Source of the DNA: a virus
Lineage: Duplodnaviria; Caudoviricetes
IMG/VR virus record: IMGVR_UViG_3300006169_000010
Location: 1 to 25,220 of that record
DNA: 25,220 bases
Strand: one strand, 5' to 3'
Of this stretch, positions 8,201-16,938 are shown one piece after another. Both the position numbers and the translations under genes were made by a program. Positions within the stretch are counted from its first letter, which is position 1, and each line of letters opens with the position of its first letter. Under the pieces are notes generated by a model that was given only the letters and a program-made list of their open reading frames with translations, searched no databases and was not told the origin of the DNA.

Positions 8201-9285
8201 AGCTGGCACAAACCAACCTGACGGAAGCACAGAAGGATCTGATTCGTGAGCAATACCGTGTAAGGCGTGGTGAGACTGAAAAGAATTACTGGCTGGAGCA
8301 AGCCAATATGGTGCTTGATTTTGCCAATTCTGCTTTGAACATCTATTCCATTTTTGCCGATGCGAAGACCGAACAGGAAAACGCAGAACTGGAGCGTGAT
8401 CGCCGTATCAATGAAAAGAAGAAACAAAACCTGCAGAACGGTTTGAAGGCCGGCATGGTGAGCCAGCTGGAGTACGATCGTAAACTGCGAGAGATAGAAC
8501 AGAACCAGGAGAAGCGGGAGAAAGAAACGAGGCTGAAACAATTTAAACGTTCGCAGCGCATGCAGGTGATCCAGGCGCTTATGAATGGTGCCATGGCCAT
8601 CACCTCCACACTGGCCGCGATACCTGGGCCTTTGGATATCGCTTCTTTGGGTGTGGCTCGTATTGTGCAAATTGCCCTGGCTGCAGGTACCACAGCTGCA
8701 CAAGTGGCTGTTATCGCTAAACAAAAGCCACCAGAGTATGGAAAGGGTGGTATGCTCAATGGACCTTCTCATGCAGATCCAAGCAAAGGCATGCCGGTGT
8801 ATCATCCATATACGGGGCAAATACAGGCTTATTTGGAAGGTGGCGAAGGAATTGGCAGCAAACGTACCATGCAGGATAGACGAACTTATAACGTGTCCGG
8901 AACGCCTTCACAGATCTATTCTTTGCTGAATGGGTTGAATGGTGGTGTGCAGTGGAGCACTGGCGCCAAGCTGGTGCCCAAATGGAGCAGTGCCAAACCG
9001 GTGCAAATGAATGTGCCGGCCATCAACGATTCTATTACGGGTGTGCGTCGTTTCTATGCCACAGGTGGCCAGTTTGATGCGAATGGATCCACGACAGCTG
9101 CCGAACCAGGTGCGTCTGCAGATATGGCCAACATGATCATTCGTTTGAACGATACGCTGAGCAATGTAAACCAAACCCTAAGCGATCTGCAGAAATACGG
9201 TATCGATGCGAAGATCTACCTCACGCAGCTGCAGGCAGAGCAACAGCGTATGGCAGCGATTGAAGCCGATGCTGCGGGGAGATAG
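5224..9285 (+). CDS. Tail tape measure protein (TP901-like core)
   Basis: 1353 aa, helical; LADIEKTTGLT core, central hydrophobic segments, C-terminal YGKGG...GPSHA...EGGE. Confidence 0.93.
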   Translation: MANQIVNREINIFIQSGEAQKALDALLKKELQLKQALKDATDPKQVQQLTNDLKKLEEPIERARKKVTGELSPSFRDTQKAVTALSQQLKRLSEEDADYSKIVAQYKQANKELEEQKNKVGFLSRAMKSFWQEAKTVAVGVVVGNTVQSMLETVMGYVTGMVTGSAKIADELADIEKTTGLTATQVQQVNKELAKIDTRTSNAQLRELASEAGKLGKDSVADVKKFVEEADKINVALGEDLGENAIIDIAKTSKIFQTEMLNMASAINEIGANSEASEAFAVDFLKRLAGTAPTVGLAADQVLGYSAALEIAGQTTEVSATALNTFFLDFVSNLEKFGEAAGFAKGELDNILKTQGTNEAFLQFLTRLKQANPDAAEFINKLKGLGIDGARGSNVMLALANNIDTVRKQQEVANTAIQSNASIMDEFIKKNNNAAAELDKLKKNFASLFTSSTITEASAFVVRSLNNFVNVLKAAPEFIQENRSAIALMVTGLVLMNAEYLKAAAVTAKDTAVKVVNAAVTKGMGVINTVVASATALYSAAVLVLSGRISAATAVQVLWRNATAAGLGPIGVLLTIVGALVIGITALVRNMKTLTAEQRLYGQVSKMVAESTSETVEKMRQLTQVANDNNVSLDNRKKALNALIAIAPDYLKGLTLENLATAEGKKILDDYITSLSKKAELEAKASLLTDKLKQRDSAVAQIQSGYRAAGQTITKEQAEEAIRQGAKSKAGLTGGSTFFGVDTKEIAGVLEEIKILQGDIDKAARENVSTILNQANQQTKITADATKTAGDSIASLKEKLKDLQEQRDNTTDDATRKKLNKQIEDLEKKIAAMEGQSKKLSGAAKKAANDMKSLEEELNRIASDLLPDGVEKQIAQLQEKYDKMRAQAGNNKTLLLRIEELYQLEFQRLVEKFSKQQQEQFAKNSEAEKKKVEERLARLKELATVRLPEQVVQLGRTLNADAIARDELRLIRSRGRQRMLAELQLLQDQEKQELAQTNLTEAQKDLIREQYRVRRGETEKNYWLEQANMVLDFANSALNIYSIFADAKTEQENAELERDRRINEKKKQNLQNGLKAGMVSQLEYDRKLREIEQNQEKREKETRLKQFKRSQRMQVIQALMNGAMAITSTLAAIPGPLDIASLGVARIVQIALAAGTTAAQVAVIAKQKPPEYGKGGMLNGPSHADPSKGMPVYHPYTGQIQAYLEGGEGIGSKRTMQDRRTYNVSGTPSQIYSLLNGLNGGVQWSTGAKLVPKWSSAKPVQMNVPAINDSITGVRRFYATGGQFDANGSTTAAEPGASADMANMIIRLNDTLSNVNQTLSDLQKYGIDAKIYLTQLQAEQQRMAAIEADAAGR

Positions 9286-9286
9286 T

Positions 9287-9316
9287 GTGACGTTTGCGTG
9301 ACGTTTTGTAATATTG
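9287..9316 (+). promoter_or_regulatory. Promoter/operator of the HTH gene
   Basis: GTGACGTTT direct repeat (9287-9295, 9298-9306) followed by TAATATTG -7-like element 4 nt before ATG 9321. Confidence 0.5.
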
Positions 9317-9320
9317 GTTT

Positions 9321-9620
9321 ATGAGTGTTGCAGAAATAGATAAAGCCTTTGCTGACATGATTGCCAAGCGGGGCATTCATAAAGAGCTTGGTGTTACCTC
9401 CAGTGATATCACAACCATGCGGTACCGGTTGAAACATGGCGAAACCATCAGCACTGAAAAAAAGCTGCAGCTGCTGCAAAAAACCGGTTGGACGCAGAGT
9501 GAAAAAAAATACGATCGGAAGGACCTGGTTTCTCTTCTGAAATTTTACTCGAGTACGTCACAGGCTGCAAGAGATGAAGGGCCTGAGTATGTTATTGAAA
9601 AATGGGAGGCAAGCAAATGA
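9321..9620 (+). CDS. Putative HTH (Cro/XRE-like) DNA-binding protein
   Basis: RGIHKELGVTSSDITTMRYR...ISTEKKLQLL resembles an HTH plus trailing helix. Confidence 0.55.
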   Translation: MSVAEIDKAFADMIAKRGIHKELGVTSSDITTMRYRLKHGETISTEKKLQLLQKTGWTQSEKKYDRKDLVSLLKFYSSTSQAARDEGPEYVIEKWEASK

Positions 9621-10000
9621 TACAAGTAAACGAACTAAGGTTCGGTAACTGGATAAAGTACTTAGGTGACGTTGTGCAAGTGTTCGGCACTAGAGGAATT
9701 TATGTGATTACTATTGACGAACACAACGAAAGAGAACAGCAGATTGCATTCCCGGCATTTGAGCCCATCCCTTTAACTCCTGAAATATTAGAGAAGGCAG
9801 GGTTTGTGCTCAGACAAAAAGATGAGGATGGAATCATTTATGGCAAAGAGAAATATACTATTATCTACACACGATGTACGCCTGGTGGTTTTGGGTATTT
9901 TCTTAATGGTTATCATAATGATGTGCATCTCCAATACCTCCACCAACTACAAAACCTATACTTTGCCCTTACCGGGGAAGAGCTAAAAATTAACTTATAA
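9617..10000 (+). CDS. YopX-like Bacteroidota phage hypothetical protein
   Basis: ATG 9617 overlaps the upstream TGA; ELRFGNW, PIPLTPEILEKAGF and LHQLQNLYFALTGEEL motifs. Confidence 0.75.
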   Translation: MIQVNELRFGNWIKYLGDVVQVFGTRGIYVITIDEHNEREQQIAFPAFEPIPLTPEILEKAGFVLRQKDEDGIIYGKEKYTIIYTRCTPGGFGYFLNGYHNDVHLQYLHQLQNLYFALTGEELKINL

Positions 10001-10009
10001 GTTAAGTTT

Positions 10010-10537
10010 ATGGAAGGTGGCTATAAAAATGTATTCCTTGTGAATAAAGAAAACGGTGATATCACATTTGATCATTTCAGTGATCACCAGCTGAATGCAG
10101 AACTGGAAAAAGCAGTAGAAGCTGAAGACTACATCTATGCAGCTGCTTTAAAAAAAGAGATCGATAAAAGGGCGGCACCTGGTTACAAACGTCCGGAACC
10201 ATTCACTGCTTTTATACCTCGTGACGTTCATTTGCCTGTTGGCCCGGAAGGGCGCAACTCTTTCGAATGGGATGCAGAAATACATGAAATCACCTTTGCA
10301 AATTTGGCTGATCCCGTTCCGCTTCGCACCTGGTCTGTATTCAACGCTACTTTAAAAGAGTTTGAGCAGATCTGGCTGTATGTGGAGGAGAGCATTGTGC
10401 TCCAGATGGGTGATTACACTGTTGACTGGGGTAAGGATATGGTTACCTACAAACTGTTTTATGTAGACAATGAGCATGGCCAGCGATGCATTGACGCATT
10501 CCGCGATCGATTCTACGGGCCAAATTCTCCTAAATAG
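10010..10537 (+). CDS. Hypothetical protein with a UvrB/UvrC (UVR) motif
   Basis: LNAELEKAVEAEDYIYAAALKKEIDK matches the UVR coiled-coil pattern. Confidence 0.7.
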   Translation: MEGGYKNVFLVNKENGDITFDHFSDHQLNAELEKAVEAEDYIYAAALKKEIDKRAAPGYKRPEPFTAFIPRDVHLPVGPEGRNSFEWDAEIHEITFANLADPVPLRTWSVFNATLKEFEQIWLYVEESIVLQMGDYTVDWGKDMVTYKLFYVDNEHGQRCIDAFRDRFYGPNSPK

Positions 10538-10550
10538 TCTCTCGCTTTTC

Positions 10551-10586
10551 TGTCCTTTCGTCCGCCAGGACATCCGCCGAATTTTA
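10551..10586 (+). promoter_or_regulatory. Putative phage late promoter, copy 3 (portal operon)
   Basis: TGTCCTTTC (10551-10559), 19 nt, GAATTTTA (10579-10586); ATG 4 nt downstream. Confidence 0.7.
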
Positions 10587-10590
10587 GGGC

Positions 10591-10923
10591 ATGGAAGGGA
10601 CCATTTTACGCCAACAAGTATATGAGCAACTTTTTACGGGTGAACCCTTTGATATGGTATTTGTCACCTGCAATCGCAAAAAAGGCACCGGCGGCGAGCT
10701 GGTAAGCCTGGAGAGCTGGATGATCCTGCATCATCCGGATGAAAAGACTCCTCAGAATGAAGCTTCAGACAGCCAGGCAGATGACGGTAAGATCTCAAGG
10801 GATCCTGATCATGCGGAGCATGGCACTGTAAACGTTTTTAATCCCGCAAATTCAGGCGTTCATATTACGAAGGTGCATGTGGACCTAATCCAATTTTTTA
10901 ACGGTAAAAGAGTCATCAATTAA
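10591..10923 (+). CDS. Hypothetical protein preceding the portal
   Basis: 110 aa, translationally coupled (TAATG) to the portal gene. Confidence 0.8.
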   Translation: MEGTILRQQVYEQLFTGEPFDMVFVTCNRKKGTGGELVSLESWMILHHPDEKTPQNEASDSQADDGKISRDPDHAEHGTVNVFNPANSGVHITKVHVDLIQFFNGKRVIN

Positions 10924-12353
10924 TGAGCGCCATAATTAAAAAACTAGGCAAGGGCGTGCACATGAGCACAAGGCCTATGGGCGGCATCTTCTTCGATATG
11001 TCGGCAATAGCTACGCCAGCTGAAGCAAAGCCTATCACCCAGACCGTACCGCTGGAAACCTTGAAGGTGTTACCATGGGCGCCGTGGGGTGCAGATAATT
11101 GCCTGCCTTCTCAGTATATAGCCGATATCGAAAAATGTGGTGTGCTCAATGCCATCATCGAGGGCAAATCAAGATATGCACTTTGCCAGGGCATGAGGCC
11201 AGCGATCGTTGATACTGATGATGCCGGGCAGATGGTGATCAAGAAGTATGTGAACGATGATGAGGATATAAAAGCTTTCGTCAAACGCAACCAGCTCTTT
11301 CACCAGGTGTATGGATGGATGAAGGACCAGATGGCGTTCAACTGGTGCGTGATGCGCATCATGCTCGATAAGGCTGGAGAGAACATTGTAAGCATACAGC
11401 GTGATGATGTTACTGAAATACGTTTTTCCAGGAAGGATCCAAAAACCGGAAGATCTTCTCATTTATACTACAGCGCCTCCTGGGATAAAGGCATTCGCAG
11501 CCCGAACGATGAGCGGGTGTTCAAAATTCGCCTGTTGAATGAAAACAATCCTCTGCAGGACCTGGAAGAGTGGGCCGAAAAAGGAGAGCGCCAGTTTGCC
11601 ATGGTGCTACGCGCACCAGGTTGGAACAAACACTATTACCCGGTGCCTACATGGATGGCTACTTATGAATGGGTGAAGATTGCACAGCAAGTGCCGGTGA
11701 TGAAAAAGAGTTTGTTTGAAAACTCTATGCGACCTAAGTATAAGGTCATCATCATGGAAGAATATTGGGAGCAACGTTTTGGTACCGATGCAACTGAATG
11801 GGATGAGGATAAGCTGGAAGAGGAAAAGAACAAGGTGTATGATGAAATAGATACCTGGCTGGTAGGCAGCAAGAATGCACACAAGAGCATTTTTGTGAAT
11901 GGTTATCGTGATGGTGATGGTAAGACATACACCGATATCGATATCATACCGATCGAGGATACTACCAAGCAAGGAGAGCTGCTTCCGGATTCTGCTGCAG
12001 CCAATTCTGAAATTGCGATCGGTAATGGTTGGAACCTGGCTGAAAGTGGCGGTAATCAAAAAGCCGGATTGCTGCAAGGCAATGAAGGCGGATCCAATGT
12101 TCGTGAGAACATGATGAGCCAGGTGATCAAACATGAAGTAGAACGCCAGCGCTGCACCACGTTCATGGATCTTGTTTCTTCTTTCAACAAATGGGATGTG
12201 AAGCACAAAGGCCTTTCCTGGGTGATACCTGCAACAATATTGACAACAACTGACACCGGTGCCGGCAGCAAGCCAGTGCTTACCGGTGGAGTAAATAAAA
12301 AACAAGATGGCGCTGACAAAAACGATAGCAGAGATCAAAGAAGTGCTGCCTAA
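10923..12353 (+). CDS. Putative portal protein
   Basis: 476 aa; PWGADNCLP, YYPVPTW, N..RPKY and GSKNAHKS segments typical of portal-like proteins; followed by an adaptor-like gene. Confidence 0.8.
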   Translation: MSAIIKKLGKGVHMSTRPMGGIFFDMSAIATPAEAKPITQTVPLETLKVLPWAPWGADNCLPSQYIADIEKCGVLNAIIEGKSRYALCQGMRPAIVDTDDAGQMVIKKYVNDDEDIKAFVKRNQLFHQVYGWMKDQMAFNWCVMRIMLDKAGENIVSIQRDDVTEIRFSRKDPKTGRSSHLYYSASWDKGIRSPNDERVFKIRLLNENNPLQDLEEWAEKGERQFAMVLRAPGWNKHYYPVPTWMATYEWVKIAQQVPVMKKSLFENSMRPKYKVIIMEEYWEQRFGTDATEWDEDKLEEEKNKVYDEIDTWLVGSKNAHKSIFVNGYRDGDGKTYTDIDIIPIEDTTKQGELLPDSAAANSEIAIGNGWNLAESGGNQKAGLLQGNEGGSNVRENMMSQVIKHEVERQRCTTFMDLVSSFNKWDVKHKGLSWVIPATILTTTDTGAGSKPVLTGGVNKKQDGADKNDSRDQRSAA

Positions 12354-13317
12354 GGTGGTAGCCAATCAAAACAGCGCATCGCTGTTGCCCAATTTTGATG
12401 CAGCGGAGCAAACCTACCTAGTGCCGCTGATCGGCAATGAGCTGTATACATTGCTGCAAACAAAATATACAGCTGAAGATCTTACTCCAAAGCAAACAGC
12501 GCTGTTGAAGCATATCCGTTTGTTTACTGCGGCTTATGCTTATCATGATGAAGCAATTGCCAGTCATGTGGTGGTTACTGATGACGGTTTGCGGACCATG
12601 TCAACCGACAACATGCCAAAGGCAGTAGGTTGGGAGTATAAAGAGCACAAAGCTTTCCTGCTCGATCGTGCTTTGTATGGTGCTGAAAACATGCTCGCTT
12701 ATTTGTGGGCTAATAAAGCAGACTTTGCAGAGTGGACCGGCAGTACTGCATACAAACAATTTGCTTCGCTTCTTATTCGCACCGGTACTGAGTTTTCGGA
12801 GCAGTACAAGCTCTATCAACCGATGCGGACCTTTTACGCTTTGCGTGGCCATGCGGAAGATGTGCAAAACGATTATATCGTGAGCGGCATAGGTAGCAAA
12901 TTAGTTACCTACCTGGTAGAAAAAGAAGCTCCGTCTGCAGATGAAGCGGTGATCATAAAGGCCTTGAAAAAAGCAATGGCTTTCTTCTCGATTCGCAGGG
13001 CATGTGATCATCTGTCTGTCCGCTTTAGTGATAGCGGTTTTACCATCATCAACGAGATAATGGGCGGCGATCGGGAAAGTGAAGATGCCGGCAGGAGTGC
13101 TGCTTCTGATCAGCGCATCAAGGACATGAAGAAAGTATGCGATCGGGAAGGAAAGAATTTTATGCTGAGTGCAAAACGGTTACTGGTGAAGCATCGTGCC
13201 TCCGGTACCAGCACAGCAGAATTCAATGAGGCTTATGATGAAGGACCTCTGTTTGAGTACAAGGATCCTTCAGAAAAAACATCCGGAAACGAGACTAGAA
13301 AAATTTTCAGGTTTTAA
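12307..13317 (+). CDS. Putative head-tail adaptor (DUF6712-like)
   Basis: 336 aa, two similar helical halves (AEQTYLVPLIGNELY / VQNDYIVSGIGSKLV); directly after the portal. Confidence 0.6.
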   Translation: MALTKTIAEIKEVLPKVVANQNSASLLPNFDAAEQTYLVPLIGNELYTLLQTKYTAEDLTPKQTALLKHIRLFTAAYAYHDEAIASHVVVTDDGLRTMSTDNMPKAVGWEYKEHKAFLLDRALYGAENMLAYLWANKADFAEWTGSTAYKQFASLLIRTGTEFSEQYKLYQPMRTFYALRGHAEDVQNDYIVSGIGSKLVTYLVEKEAPSADEAVIIKALKKAMAFFSIRRACDHLSVRFSDSGFTIINEIMGGDRESEDAGRSAASDQRIKDMKKVCDREGKNFMLSAKRLLVKHRASGTSTAEFNEAYDEGPLFEYKDPSEKTSGNETRKIFRF

Positions 13318-13328
13318 AATAGATCTGT

Positions 13329-13721
13329 ATGCTTAGAAATCTTTGGGATGAACATAAGGTAAAGATTTGGATAGGTCTTGGAGTAGGCCTGTTGATCGTT
13401 TTCCTTGTTGACATTTTTGGAGGTTACAGTAAACGTTATACAGGTAAAATCGTTGACAAGGTTTTTACTCCGGAAAGAAGCTGGACTACCGTTGAAATGG
13501 TAGCGCATCACAGTGGGAAAACAACCTACTACACTCCTGCAGTTCGTCACCATTACAGGCCGCCGCAATGGGATGTGTATGTAAGATCCTGGGATGAAGT
13601 TGTTTGTCTGAGTACATCAAGTAATTATTTCTATTCACATAATGTTGGCGCCAGTGTTCCTTACAAAACCTATTACGGAAGGTTCACCGGTTGGGCATAT
13701 ACAAGAGTACCTGTTGAATGA
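13329..13721 (+). CDS. Membrane-anchored hypothetical protein
   Basis: N-terminal TM segment IWIGLGVGLLIVFLVDIF followed by a basic, Tyr-rich beta domain. Confidence 0.75.
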   Translation: MLRNLWDEHKVKIWIGLGVGLLIVFLVDIFGGYSKRYTGKIVDKVFTPERSWTTVEMVAHHSGKTTYYTPAVRHHYRPPQWDVYVRSWDEVVCLSTSSNYFYSHNVGASVPYKTYYGRFTGWAYTRVPVE

Positions 13722-14524
13722 AGACAATTAAGCTCAATAAAAAATACTATGACATTCCAACGGAATGGAATGAGCTACAGCCTGGGCAACTGCTTAAGGT
13801 GATGGCCACCATTTACCTGAAGAATTACAGGGCAGAGCAAATGCTGCTTCGTTTGCTGCAGGTGCTTACTGGATTAAGCGATGCTAAATTTTTTAAGGTA
13901 GATGTAGAAGAGCTGGAAGAGTTTTTTTACCTGCTCGCATTCCTGCTTAGGGAAGATATTGACTTTACAAAAAATATACTGCCGTTGTATCACTTCACGG
14001 ATGCCAACGGAGGCCAAAAAACGTTTTACGGACCTGCCGATACGATCGAGAACCTGCGCATGCAGGAGTTTCATTTTACGGAGACTTTTTACACTGCCTG
14101 GTATGATAGCGAAAAGAAAGACGATGAGCCCTTAAATGAGCTGATTGCGATTTTGTACCGGCCAATGAAAGAAGGCTATGATGCGGAGCGCAATCCGGCT
14201 GGAGATCTGAGAGAGCCGTTCAATCAAAACGTTTGCTCGTACAATGCAAAGCATTATATCGCCAGCTGGCCACCCAGTGTGAAGCTGGCCATTGCTGCCT
14301 GGTACAATGGATGCCGGCGACAGCTGATCGCCAACTATGATGAATTGTTTGGTGGTACCGGAGAGCCGGCACGTTTTGGACTCGTGAGCATTATGCTCAA
14401 CGTGGCCAAGGATCATGCGTTTGGAAAGTTTCCGGATGTAGAGAATGAATATGTAAACACAGTGATGATGTACCTCTTGCATCAGATGGATGAAGCAAAA
14501 GCACTTAAAGCACAAACCAAATAA
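13718..14524 (+). CDS. Phage protein, possible tail assembly chaperone
   Basis: IPTEWNEL and LIAILYRP motifs; helical, acidic; coupled to neighbouring genes. Confidence 0.55.
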   Translation: MKTIKLNKKYYDIPTEWNELQPGQLLKVMATIYLKNYRAEQMLLRLLQVLTGLSDAKFFKVDVEELEEFFYLLAFLLREDIDFTKNILPLYHFTDANGGQKTFYGPADTIENLRMQEFHFTETFYTAWYDSEKKDDEPLNELIAILYRPMKEGYDAERNPAGDLREPFNQNVCSYNAKHYIASWPPSVKLAIAAWYNGCRRQLIANYDELFGGTGEPARFGLVSIMLNVAKDHAFGKFPDVENEYVNTVMMYLLHQMDEAKALKAQTK

Positions 14525-15045
14525 TGGCGCCAGATTTTGATATAGAACAGATACAGGACTTCCTGGAAGGATTGAGCACGAAGCACAAGCAAGTGCTGCA
14601 CAGCAATGAACAGCGTTGTTTTGTGCGCTTTCAATCTGCAGAGCATATGACCGAGGTAAAGAACCGGGGCGGAAAGAACCTGGTTATTGTGGCGGCTATT
14701 GGTGGCCGTCGCGTTGGCCACAAAGATGATCGCCAGATCCGGAGAGAGATGGTCATCCGTTTCGCATGCCTGGCAGAAAAGAACACAGATCCTGTAGCTG
14801 CCAAACGCCAGGCGTTGGCCAGTGCAGAAAAGATCATGATGGATTTTTTTACCAAGATGGAACGCCAGCAGGAGGAAGATCTAGACCAGGACAATTATGG
14901 CGTGATGCATTACCTCGATCCGGAAAATGTGAGTTGGGAAGAGATAGAAGATCAGCCGTGGTTTATAAATCACTATGGTTGGGATCTTATTGTGCCTTTT
15001 AGAACGTTTATGCCCGGCTATGATGAAGACAGCTGGAATGCGTAG
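14524..15045 (+). CDS. Putative tail terminator/completion protein
   Basis: 173 aa, acidic, alpha/beta pattern with C-terminal YGW.L..P; position in operon. Confidence 0.5.
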   Translation: MAPDFDIEQIQDFLEGLSTKHKQVLHSNEQRCFVRFQSAEHMTEVKNRGGKNLVIVAAIGGRRVGHKDDRQIRREMVIRFACLAEKNTDPVAAKRQALASAEKIMMDFFTKMERQQEEDLDQDNYGVMHYLDPENVSWEEIEDQPWFINHYGWDLIVPFRTFMPGYDEDSWNA

Positions 15046-15066
15046 ACCCATTGAAAACAAAGAACT

Positions 15067-16938
15067 ATGGCCACCGTACAAAAAAGACCTTTCTCTTATG
15101 TGTTTTCGGGTAACCCGATTCACTATCAGCTATACAGTGCCCTGGCTGCAAATGATCAGGATATTTATTTTGAGTACCGTGTTGCGTACAAGTACCCGAC
15201 TGACGTGGCTTACTCCGTTCTTCCGGCTGTGCCTTATTCTCCCACAAACGGTGTGGCAAACATTGATGTAAGAGCAATGGTCAACAGCATACTGGAGTAT
15301 GAGTTGCCAACATTCTCAGGCAGTGAAAAAACAGCGTACGAAGCCAAAAAGCAGACCGCTTCTTTTTACCTCGAGTACCGGGAGATATCAGCTGCTAATC
15401 CGGATCCTTCCTGGGATAAATCAGAGCTTGATTTTGCGCCGTTCGTGATCAAGGGTGGCATGAGCTACATGAAATACCGCGGCAACAATTTTTGGATCAA
15501 TCATTTTGGTTCGCTCACCAATGATCCTATTCCTTTTTTGACCTGGCAGCTGAGTGGAAGACTCGCAGCGCTCAACGAAAGGATGTACCTGGGCTTTTTG
15601 AACGATACAGATATCGGCAGCGGTTTTATAAGAGCCGTTGCTAAATGTTTTTATACGGATGGATCTACGGCTACTGTGGAAGAAATGATGCCAGCTGTAA
15701 AAGGAAATGTGTACTACGTGCCAGCTGGTGCCGAGCAGTGGGGCTTACCGGCGCTGGATGTAAACAAAGTCATTTTGCAGTGGAGCATACAGCTGAAGGA
15801 TTATACCAATGCGGGTGCACCGGTGCCGGTTACAGATCCTTTCTTTTATGAAGCGGATAACCGCAACGATTATAATCAGCTCACGCTAAACTATCGCAAC
15901 TCGTTGGGCTGTATTGACAGTGCCCGGGTGCGTGGTGTGATCACAAAGAACCTGGATTATACTTCAGTAGAAATTTCGAAGACAACAGGACCTGATTATT
16001 ACAGCGGCCATTTTGTTACACCCCAACAGGCCTTTGCCTCCAAGCTGGAGAACCTGCGCTACAAAGGTGATCTAGGACCATTGGAGAAGGAAGAACAAGA
16101 TCGTTTGCGAGAGCTGCAGCTTGGCAAAGATTGCTGGTGGGAAGTAGAAAAGAAATGGCTACCGGTGAAAGTGTTGACATCTGGCTTTGCACTTACCTCA
16201 TCAGAAGATACCCGTTGGAGCATGCCTATAGAGTTTCAGCTGGCCGTGGAAGGAGATCCTTTCTACACTCCGGAAAACTTTGACCTGGGCGATGCTGTGT
16301 TTGTGGATAATACCTGTTTGGCGTTCTTCTCTGTGGCCGTGGCCATGGTGGATGATCCAGGAGACAGCACAAAGAAGCGCATCACCATCAGTGCAATAGA
16401 AACAGATCCTGCAGATGCGAGCACTCAGTTCCGCTGGAGGATCGATAACGAAGCCTGGCAGACCGTTAATACTGCAGCATTGCCATTAGTGTTTAGCAGG
16501 GCCAAAGAAGCGCTTTACAATTTTGAGATGCAGGCGCTTTGTGCCAATGGTGTTTATGGCGCCAAATCATCTGCACAAATCGATACTAGGACGCCAGTAG
16601 ACCCGGGACCAGATCCGGATCCAGGCACTACGCTTTGGGATGCATTCATTGAAAACCTAAGTGCTTCGCAATTTGGTTTCTCATTGGTATTCTTCCAACC
16701 AGGCGAGCCTGAAAAAACGATCGCCGGCGGTGGTGTTATCGGCACCAACAACAAGTTTGTATTTAAAGTAGAGGATACGGAAGTAGGTGAGCTGGTGCTG
16801 CAGCTGTTCTATTATTCTCCATCGCATGTGACCTTGTTTACTAATGGTGCTTCATACATGGGCACGATCAGCGGCAATGTGGTCACGTTTAAGAATGTAA
16901 AAATTGTGGATGGTCTCGAAATTAAAATCTACGGCTAA
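15067..16938 (+). CDS. Tail-tip structural protein with C-terminal Ig/FN3-like domains
   Basis: 623 aa; YRNSLGCIDS motif; beta-sandwich-like segments separated by a PVDPGPDPDPG linker. Confidence 0.65.
   Translation: MATVQKRPFSYVFSGNPIHYQLYSALAANDQDIYFEYRVAYKYPTDVAYSVLPAVPYSPTNGVANIDVRAMVNSILEYELPTFSGSEKTAYEAKKQTASFYLEYREISAANPDPSWDKSELDFAPFVIKGGMSYMKYRGNNFWINHFGSLTNDPIPFLTWQLSGRLAALNERMYLGFLNDTDIGSGFIRAVAKCFYTDGSTATVEEMMPAVKGNVYYVPAGAEQWGLPALDVNKVILQWSIQLKDYTNAGAPVPVTDPFFYEADNRNDYNQLTLNYRNSLGCIDSARVRGVITKNLDYTSVEISKTTGPDYYSGHFVTPQQAFASKLENLRYKGDLGPLEKEEQDRLRELQLGKDCWWEVEKKWLPVKVLTSGFALTSSEDTRWSMPIEFQLAVEGDPFYTPENFDLGDAVFVDNTCLAFFSVAVAMVDDPGDSTKKRITISAIETDPADASTQFRWRIDNEAWQTVNTAALPLVFSRAKEALYNFEMQALCANGVYGAKSSAQIDTRTPVDPGPDPDPGTTLWDAFIENLSASQFGFSLVFFQPGEPEKTIAGGGVIGTNNKFVFKVEDTEVGELVLQLFYYSPSHVTLFTNGASYMGTISGNVVTFKNVKIVDGLEIKIYG

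Noticed and set aside
5468-9479. Many antisense ORFs up to 226 aa within the tape measure gene
   Set aside because: Expected shadows of a long biased coding sequence; no recognisable motifs
11607-12365. 252-aa minus-strand ORF
   Set aside because: Essentially antisense to the portal gene, atypical composition, no expression signals
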